From positions 223,510,001 to 223,574,000 of the forward strand of contig OX597814.1 of NCBI GenBank assembly GCA_951406725.2: 64,000 bases of DNA. The letters are read 5' to 3'. The stretch is from Octopus vulgaris. Its lineage: Eukaryota. The notes beneath the pieces were generated by a model. The model saw nothing but the letters and a program-made list of their open reading frames with translations, had not been told where the DNA came from and did no database searches. Position numbers and translations under genes: made by a program. Below, one piece after another: positions 54,643 to 64,000 of this stretch; the first letter of the stretch is position 1, and each line of letters starts with the position of its first letter.

Positions 54643-54873
54643 GGCGGCGAACTGGCAGAAACGTTAGCACGCCGGGCGAAATGCGTAGCCGTATTTCGTC
54701 TGTCGTTACGTTCTGAGTTCAAATTCCGCCGAGGTCGACTTTGCCTTTCATCCTTTCGGGGTCGATAAATTAAGTACCAGTTACGTACTGGGGTCGATGT
54801 AATCGACGTAATACCTATGTCTGTCCTTGTTTGTCCCCTCTGTCTTTAGCCCCTTGTGGGTAATAAAGAAATA
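54643..54873 (+). mobile_element. Intact monomeric Nin-domain-like SINE with 12-bp TSD
   Basis: A box tggcagaaacgttag, B box gagttcaaattc, tgcctttcatcctttcggggtcgataaattaagtaccag; TSD ggtaatatagaa at 54631-54642 and 54874-54885. Confidence 0.95.
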
Positions 54874-56418
54874 GGTAATATAGAAATATTTGAGGATAGT
54901 TTGTTGCACAACACAAACAAGAATATAACTGTTTCAAAAGAGAATTATAATTAATTGGTCCTGTGTGCTTTAGAATATTTATCAGTCCTTATTCCACCAT
55001 GAGCTCTAAGACTTAATTAACAATGATTAAGTCAACCTTATTTTTCACCTAAATAAATGATTAGAAGTTTACTTCTGTAACAAGCTAAAGTTTAATGATA
55101 GTACGAAATTAAACAGTACGTGTTTAGAAATTTGTCGCCACCTAAATAGAAATACAGTAAATATTCCCTGATGTTTCAAAGTAGACGCCCGGTTACAACA
55201 CATTTTTACTTGACTTGCGGTTGACTAGGAGTTTATATTACTGACAAAATACAATGAGCCAAAAGTACATCTATTGTTCTCACCGGCCGCTACTAAAAGA
55301 ATTTTCGCCCGTCTTTGATATATTTTGTGTTTTTTAAACACAACACGTCCGTATGACTGATTATCTCAGAAGAAGAAGAAGAAGAAGAAGACACACAAGG
55401 AGAGCAATTTCGATTACAGCGACCCCAATACTCAACTGGTAATTATATATTCTTTCTTTACCTATTGCTAGTTAACTTGCTTCAGTGTGGATTTACTCGT
55501 TTTCCATTTACATTGGCCTGCGTTAGAAAACGTGTCTATTAAACATACTAACCTCTCTTCGGCCTTCCTAGATCTAGTTTATGCTTCAGTCTGGCCAGCA
55601 AAACAAAACGAGTCGGATAAAGAAAACTGATCTTAGGATTCGTGCTTCTTTTGTTTAATTATTGATCTAGAGTTCGCGAAATTTTACAGTATAAGGCATT
55701 ATTTAAAGAATGTAAGTGTTATGTCCATTTCTTCTAAACACATACAGACGACTATCATTACATTTTAGTGATCACATTCTATTTTCGATGTAAATGGCTA
55801 AGATTTTATGATATCGCAGTCTCTGTGGCTGCATAATAATATTTGAAATTATCATTCTATAGCCACATATAATGGTTGCGTTTTAACTTTGATATATTCA
55901 CGAGCCGTGTGGTATTTGCAAAAACATATTAATAGTGTTATTCATTATATAGAAATAATTGCTAATTATTCTTTGCCTAAATTGAGCGATTCAAACATAG
56001 CAAAACATAAATTATCACGAAACTCTGGTCTAATAATAATTAAACTCTGCTATAAATTTTTAACAATACAATGCCTTCAGAAATGTGTTTGCCTACATCG
56101 GCGTGTAATTATACTCATCACACACCACACTAGTAATTAGATATATAAATATATTCATGCCCAGAATCATATGCACAAGTACATGTGCTTGTATGTGGGT
56201 AAGAGAGAAAGAGAGAGCGAGAGAGCGAGGGAGAGAGAGAGAGAGAGAGATTGTAAACGAATAGACCAGCACTCAATACACAGCGTATTGCTTGTATTTA
56301 TTCAGAATCATTTGAAGACTTATTCTATTATTCTATGGTTACTCGGCGAAACAAACGATTGAATCATAAACTGATTCCAAATGTGTTTGAGATTTTATTC
56401 AATATTATACAAATTTTC

Positions 56419-56473
<55 letters not shown>

Positions 56474-56558
56474 TGTGCCCCAGCATGGCCACAGCTCATA
56501 GGCTGTATCTGGAATCAATCAATCATATATATGCGTGTTTATGTGTGTCTTTGGGATT

Positions 56559-56632
<74 letters not shown>

Positions 56633-57656
56633 GCATTAGGTAATCTCCATCAATACTTTTTGACTTTCCGTTGTCTCTGTTTTAATTTTTTTAACACTCC
56701 AATCTTATTTTTTAATTGTATAGTAATACATGTATGGACATATATGTATTATTATATGTATACATGTATGCATGCATGTGTGTGGGTATATATATATATA
56801 TATATATATATGTGCGTGTGTGTGTGTGTGCATACATGGGTATGTGTATCTGTTTATGCATATATCTATGTGCGTGTGCGTGCATATATGCGTATGGGTT
56901 TAAGTACGTTAGTATGCGGGTCTATATAATAGTGCATATACACACGTAAATGCATGTGTGCATGCGTGCCAGTATCAATATACACTTCTTTCTCTCTCTC
57001 CCTCATTCCTCAGCCCCTACAATCACATTATCCAGTACAATAAAAACCTCCGTCTATTTTTAGAAACTTGGCCATTACATTTTATTATTCTTCCCTTCCT
57101 TTTTGAGGTTTACTACTCACTTTATTAACCCCTGTACCATTTTCTATACCCACTCCTCCTCTTTAGTGCCGTTCACACATATCCCCCCACTTGCCACTCC
57201 CCACACATTCATTCTTTACTTTTTTTATCTCTCCTTATCCCTTCCCTTCTCCTCTTCCATCCCCCCTCATAATATCTTGACCAGCTACGAACACTCCTTT
57301 TTCATTTTCTCGTCCTCTTTCTTTCTTCTTTATTCACCTATTCCTTTTGACCATTCTCCTCATTTTAATATACACATCTTTTCCCTCCTCTCTATCTACT
57401 TAATACTACTACAACATTCTCAAAATTTCATTCACACCACAAGACTCCTTTGAATGAACAGCACATGGAATCTACGTCTCCGCACTTTCCATTTGTAATG
57501 ACAAAATATAAACTCCTATCGGATATTTACATACAATGGATAAGAAGCATTTCTACCACTTCTACACACCACTTCCCTTGGATAATAGAACTGCAACAAT
57601 AACATCCTACATATATTTTTATACTCCTATTCTCCTCTATTTAACCATCTTACATC

Positions 57657-57704
57657 GTCACTGATGAAGGGATATCTTTAATATTACAGAAATAGCTGTA
57701 AGAC
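57657..57704 (+). ncRNA. Partly decayed hammerhead motif near the 3' end of a Penelope-like remnant (~57030-57772)
   Basis: guca-CUGAUGA-A-GGGAUAU(CUUUA)AUAUUACA-GAAA-UAGCUG-UA-agac; upstream YNKNLRLFLETW resembles a Penelope endonuclease C-terminus. Confidence 0.55.
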
Positions 57705-57824
57705 TAACTTTCTCTCTATAAATGTCCCGAAAATTGCACGCAGCCTTGGTTTTGTTGCCTTATTTTATTTAACACACACACGCACACACACACACACACA
57801 CACATACACACATACACACACACC

Positions 57825-57861
<37 letters not shown>

Positions 57862-58455
57862 AATCTTGTTTAAAAGTTTAAAATTCTAGAAATGAACATG
57901 CAAATCTCTCGATATATAATGTTTATTCCTGACAGTATTCAACAGTCTTCCAATGGATAGAAACCAAAGAGAAGTCATTTCTAAGTAACCGTGAATAAGG
58001 AAAAGGAAAATATATAGAAGTTATAGTAAAATGTAACACTTAAATGGAAAGGGTTCAATAACCTTGCTGTAAGAGGATTATTTGACAAGTTTAATACATG
58101 CAAGTTTATCTTGTATATATCAATATATCAATATCTGTGCTTCTTGTTCATCTCCAAGACGATTCGTCTTGCCTGGCTTTAGGATATACGGTGTTTTTTT
58201 GTTTTTTTCGTTTTACAAATTCTGCGTCTTTAATACCGAGCCTAAAAAGCGTTTAACAACACATACGTTTACTATGTGACATTGTTTTTGTTGTTGTTGC
58301 TGCGTGTATGTATGTATGTATGTATGTATGTGTGTGTGTGTGAGTTTATATTTGTGTGATTGTGTAAGCTTTTCTGTTTGCTATGCAATTGGTGCAAATC
58401 GGAAGTAAAATTATTCCCTTCGTACTTGAAGTTAAGGAGATTGAGTTGTGATATA

Positions 58456-58966
58456 TCTATATATATAAAACTGTAGTTGTGTGAGTGTCTGTCCCCTTCG
58501 ATTTAGATTCCTAACTACTCCCACATTTCGCGGTGCAGTTTAACCAAATTCGGGTATCTTATAGTCGTGATTCATATCGAGCCCGTCTGGGTATTAGCGT
58601 GCGTCTACGATGAGTCTACGATTTTAAAAATAATTTAACATCATTTTTTATTCCATTTTAAGGCATAATTTTTCGTGTGTCGATGGCGGCGGAGTTGGCG
58701 TCCACGCTCACAGCTGCACCTGTTTGCTTCTCCCCTTCTTCCCCCCTCGTGAAGCTGTGGAGAAGGGAGTGTAAAGAAATCAACGTCGTAAAGCGTTGTC
58801 AAGGAGACCAGCGTTCTTTTAGAACAACGACTTCATGGCTTGAAGACACCAAAACAGAAATGGCTAAGAAAGCCCGAATTGGCATCTATAAGGGAAGTAA
58901 CTCTCTAAAAATGCTTATATAGTTATTTCCCTTACAAACCCGAGCAACGCCGGGCGATACTGCTAG
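58456..58966 (+). mobile_element. Non-autonomous Helitron, 511 bp
   Basis: A|TCTATATATATAAAA ... CCCGAGCAACGCCGGG-CGATACTG-CTAG|T. Confidence 0.92.
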
Positions 58967-60121
58967 TCTAATGATATAATACCAAATAGTAATAGAGATT
59001 TTATTCAATATCATACACATTTTCCTTTCTTTTTTTATCGAGTTCGGAGGTGTGTTTGCGAGTGTTTACCCTAAATAAATGCCATGAATTTTTGATTTCT
59101 GAGAATTAGAAAACCATATAAAATATGTCAATAAAAACGGAGAATTTTACAATATCGTCTAAATTTATATATTTCTGCTCCACTGAAACAACTTAACTTT
59201 TGATGCTGGTATCTAATGTATTGTCGATCGTCACTGACAGGAAAATTCGATATGTATTCTATGATTAATATAACTGTATTACTAAACATTTACTGATATC
59301 AGAATTATGTAAAACCTTAAAATAGTTGATTTGTATCAGAATTATATACAACCTTAAAATAGCTACTATAACTTGTTGATAATTTGGATATAAGCAATAG
59401 TTTATACGTAGATAGATTTTCTTATATAATTTTCTGTGTGTCTTTGTTAAAGAGGTAAATATTTTTGAAGAACAATATCAGATGATACAAAAATATCTAT
59501 GAAATTCATGAACAGCATACCGCCTCTCTCTCTCACACACACACACACACATACTTTGCAAATTCTATACTTCGTGCGTTTTTTTTCCTCAGTGCATGTT
59601 ACTTTGTTTTTGGTTATATATGAGGAAATAATTGTTGTCCTTTACTTGAGTTAGAAATCTAGTCCAATATTGGTTGGTTTTTAATGAGCGTGGTTAATAA
59701 GCTTCTGATGTCATTAAAATTATACTGGAAAATTAGCCATCATTTATTTTTCAGTTTCGTCTTTCTAACAAGACAATAGCTATTAGATATTATCACTACG
59801 GAATATCTTCTTCCTGAAACTCTTGTTGAATAATTATCTTCCTTCAGATGTACAATCTTTGTTGTAAGTATTGGCAACTTCATTTTCTTTAATTATTATT
59901 TGTACATCGCTCAGCCAGTATTAAATTATCGTAATTTGCAAAATTTTTCTCTGCAAAATCGTTCGATAAGAGATATAATAGATAGGGTGATGCTAAACAA
60001 TTTCTCTTTTGGGTATAATGTATATAATCACGATGCCTAGATTGCAAAAATTTCTGTGCAAGGCAGGAATAAATCTTACTTTTCCTAACAGCTAAATACA
60101 GCATAGATTTTGATGGGGTTA

Positions 60122-60122
60122 C

Positions 60123-60182
<60 letters not shown>

Positions 60183-60234
60183 CAGTAGTAGTAGTAGTAG
60201 TAGCAGCAGCATCAGCAGCAGTAGTAGTAGTAGC

Positions 60235-60278
<44 letters not shown>

Positions 60279-60312
60279 CAGCAGTAGTAGTAGTAGTAGT
60301 AACAGTAGCAGC
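60122..60312. repeat. (GTA)n/(GCA)n trinucleotide repeat
   Basis: Direct read. Confidence 0.97.
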
Positions 60313-61159
60313 ACAACGCTTATAAAAAAATGTGCAGTACCACACAAAATGACAAATGACGAATTTGACGATTTTTTTTCCGCTAAGCAAATAGTTTAGA
60401 AATTGGAAGAAGAATTCTATTTGTACATTTATACTAAACTTAAAAGCAACAAAAATAATTACTTCCGACGTTATTCTATTCGATTTGTTTATTCAAATTT
60501 AGCTGTAGCTAGCAAATAAAATGTATATTGGATTTCTTTTCTAGAACAATTGAAACAATTGAGCATTTCTAAAATAAAGTACGGTAGAAAATTGGTTCAG
60601 TAACATTCAGGATTAGGAGTATGAGCGGCTTCCTTGTCTAATTTGAGACATGTGACCACCAAACATCTGTAAACATACACAATCACTTACAAGCTATTAA
60701 GTATGCGAAATGCATCGTACATATAGAAGCAATCGAAATTGAAACAATACAAACTAGAAAATGAGATTTCTTCTCCAAAAATTCAACGTGAATAAAATAT
60801 AAATAACCTAAATCTGAACATATTGATGTTAATATAGGATTTAAAGAATTGTTCAGCAATATGTTTTAATAATGAGAATGAGAAAGAATAATTTGGTTTC
60901 GTGCATTCATTTTCATATAATTTATCAATATACCATGTAATATATATACTATCATTTTGAAGAATTTTATACTGACTGCCCAAATTTATATTTACCTTAT
61001 GAAAATTTTATTCACGTTAATACCAGAGTTATAACTTTTGAGAATATAAATCTATATCTTGGCACAGCACCTAACTGCCCTACTAAAGAGCTATGTCTCT
61101 TTGTCAAAGGAACAAACTTCGTAGCTTTCTCCCTTTGTTTGAATGTGTGAGTGTGCACG

Positions 61160-61745
61160 CATCTTCTTCCAGTCCGTCGCCAATGAATATGACTAACGTC
61201 ATTAATCAAATTCCTCCAGACAGCAGTTAGCTGGTACCATTTCTCAGTAGTATTAGAAAGATCTTTGAGGTTCTGTTTGACAGTCTTCTTCAATCTCAAT
61301 TTGGACCCACGGAAACGTAGCAATGAATTATACATCAGTTTATTGATTTAGGAGTTGCTTTGCATTAAGGAGAGAAACGCACAATTTCCTGAAAGTCAGA
61401 CAGCCTCGAGATCCCAACAGACAAAATGGAAAAGGCGTTGCTCCGGAGGATGGCGAGGGAGATGAGCTGGAACAACCACTCTGACTCACAGAGCTCGCAC
61501 CTGCTGACAGCCATCTCCGCCCCGAGAGGATGAGCAGAACTGTGCTATGGGGGTCACGTACGCCGGAGGTCTCCATTTCCACGGGTTCGACCATAATCCT
61601 GTGGGAGCCCTCTGCCAGTTGCATGAACAAGTATTTATTTCGGAGTCAGTTGTCGTCATGTCCGCCAATGTCGTTTGTCGAACGGAGATTTCTCTGCATC
61701 AATAGATTTTGCAAACATTATCTGAGAAATGATTAACTAGATCGA
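61160..61745 (-). mobile_element. RTE-derived internally deleted (bipartite) element: 5'-UTR-like part fused to ORF C-terminus and tail
   Basis: 61335-61165 gives RFRGSKLRLKKTVKQNLK..TEKWYQLTAVWRNLI (RTE C-terminal pattern) and tail gacggactggaagaaga; the GC-rich 61340-61700 resembles RTE 5' UTRs from memory. Confidence 0.6.
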
Positions 61746-62089
61746 GTAGGTTGACAGATCTGTTTATTATATGGAAAGCTGGTTACTCACAACAGGGTAA
61801 CTTACAAACACTCACACACAAGCAATTGCGTGAAGACACACACATACACACACATTCACGCACACACACAAACACACACATAAACGCACACACACACACA
61901 CACACACTCACAAACACAAACACACACATCCAGGCACACACGCTGATATCTCGAACAACTCGTTAGAAACTATTTAAGCAAAAGTATGACTTTCATAATG
62001 AAATTTATGAAATGTATATGCCAATATATTGTGTTTATGAATGAATGTGTGAGTGCGTATGTATGCGTGTGTCTGTCTGTATGTATATG

Positions 62090-62134
<45 letters not shown>

Positions 62135-62644
62135 ACGGATGCCATATGCAATGAATTTAAATAAATGTATATTTAGGTTTGCTATGAAAAGAGACACAGT
62201 GGATATAAACAAGTTTTATTCATCATAAATTCGGCAACTTCAAAAGTGAAGTATTGGGGTGGGGAGCTGTCAATAACAGTTAACACTAATCGGTTCGATC
62301 CTCTTTAAAAACTAGTATTGTTCCTGTGAGATTTTGGTTATTAATGAGTTGCCATCAAGCCTGTACATTTTGGGAATTTCTTTAACCTTGTAAAGATATT
62401 GTTTGCATCTCTGCAAAATCTGTGCTTCTTAATATCGGCAGCTAGAAGTTCGAGTAAATGGCCTCAGATGATTCCCCATCAAAAGACTAGAGTAGGGAAC
62501 CTAATTTTCAGCTGCCGAGGCCGCTGGGAAACTATTCATGGAAACTATTTTCGACGTGAATTTAAATACATGAATTTAAATTAAGTAAATATAGCATTAT
62601 TACTTACGTGTGTGTGTGTGTGTGTGTGTTTTGTGTGTGTGTGT

Positions 62645-62822
62645 ACACGAGTTGAAAAGTTCATGGCTTTGGGTAAAACAAAATACAGGAGGATCGGTTA
62701 ATTATTTTATTAGACACACACACTTATTGCAGTAGCCCTTCAGGTTTTCTAAGTCCTGTGAAAGAACTCGAAAGGTTGGGCCTCCGACCAAGCCTTTTGC
62801 GAGATCCTTAAAGCCAGGAACA
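62645..62822 (-). mobile_element. Mariner-derived non-autonomous element, partial
   Basis: TIR-like gttcatggcttt / aaagccaggaac; the interior reverse strand resembles the mariner C-terminus (W...Q..EF...KC). Confidence 0.6.
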
Positions 62823-62951
62823 GGGGGATTATTGGCCTGCTCAACTAGCCAGCGAGGTGACATCATTTGAAGACTAAAACAATGCAAAAGTGCATTGTGA
62901 CGAGCGATGTGTAATAACATCTGATAGCTTGGTTGGTCACGTGATCACGTG

Positions 62952-63005
<54 letters not shown>

Positions 63006-63049
63006 GGATACATATAGTTACGTATATATTACATATATATATATACTTT

Positions 63050-63087
<38 letters not shown>

Positions 63088-63334
63088 GAGTGAGACCTAC
63101 AAGAATACATACATACATAAAATTAGTACAGTTAGTACAGCGTCACGCGATTTATAACTATTGAGATTAATCAGCGGGTGTGTTCGCATTTAGACGTCAG
63201 TCGAGAAAAGACTGTTGCCCTGACCAGAAATATGCATATCAATGGATTGTCTGCCTCACGTATCTCCAGAGATACAATATTAAAAATATCTCAGGATTTA
63301 TGAAAATGTTACATACATTGTAGCTTTATGTAAA

Positions 63335-63930
63335 GTGAGAGCAACAATATCATTTGTAAGACACAATATAATTTTGCAAGGTATAACTTTCATCATTAGC
63401 AGATGCTCAGAAATATCTGCAAAAGATTACCTTTTCGTAAGACATGATATTGTTGCTAAAACTATTTACGGTACTATACGCAGATACGATTGTCCTGACA
63501 GACACACCAAAAGCTCATCAAAACCAGAATATATCAACGCCTTTAACAAAAATGAATGCTGGTGAAATTTTCTAATAAATGCAGAGCAGCAATGCAATGC
63601 CAGTACAACGACTGACCTGAAAGTGTTGTGATGTGATAGAAGATAAATATTATTCACGGCAATGAAGTTTAGCTTGCTAGCAGATGGGAATAATTCTTCT
63701 GAGGTTATAGAAAAAGAGCGCATCTATGAGGAACTAATGCGTAATGTACAGTTCCTTTATCCAGATTATAGATTCTCGTTTCCAGCCATTTTCATAGAAG
63801 CTCTGGCCTATGAAGCCATAGATTCCCATAAATTGTGGAACTGTAGCTTTCCAAGAAATAATAAATGAAATGACGCATATCTTTCGAAACCAAATTATAT
63901 TTAGTACATTGAGGAATTGCAAAATATTCC
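63335..63930 (+). mobile_element. Decayed R4/Dong-type LINE C-terminus (zinc knuckle remnant plus restriction-like endonuclease)
   Basis: ITFIISRCSEISAKDYLFVRHDIVAKTIY and FSLLADGN...EKERIYEELMRNVQFLYPDYRF..PAIFIEAL match the RHD and D..EK..Y motifs of RLE elements. Confidence 0.75.
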
Positions 63931-64000
63931 TAGAATGAAGGTTTACGCACAATCACAGTGGGGGCAGTGCATACGGGCTCAAACACACACACACACACAC

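Noticed and set aside
54643-54730. tRNA gene candidates (A and B boxes), also at 39212, 47065 and 52563
   Set aside because: No proper cloverleaf; they continue into SINE bodies and tails, and one has a clear TSD

Overview
AT-rich, microsatellite-dense eukaryotic DNA with no host protein-coding exon that I can support. It is almost certainly intergenic or intronic sequence from an Octopus-like cephalopod, inferred from the SINE families. The window is mostly decayed transposons: three tRNA-derived SINE families, mariner/Tc1/pogo/hAT/Merlin-like DNA elements and MITEs, three Helitrons, Tx1-, RTE- and R4-type LINE fragments, a 1.9 kb palindromic A/T-tract satellite and several long inverted duplications. 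The most interesting signal is RNA structure. Short elements, mostly (TA)n-flanked and often inverted (probable Penelope pseudo-LTRs or retrozyme-like units), carry type I hammerhead ribozyme motifs. One is fully canonical (33256-33341) and has a second copy with a compensatory change (40157-40236). Several minimal motifs from unrelated sequence families have a palindromic helix III, a one-base insertion after A9 and non-canonical cores (U3-A8 covariant UUGAAAA, U4C, A6U). All calls are by eye; no searches or folding programs were run.
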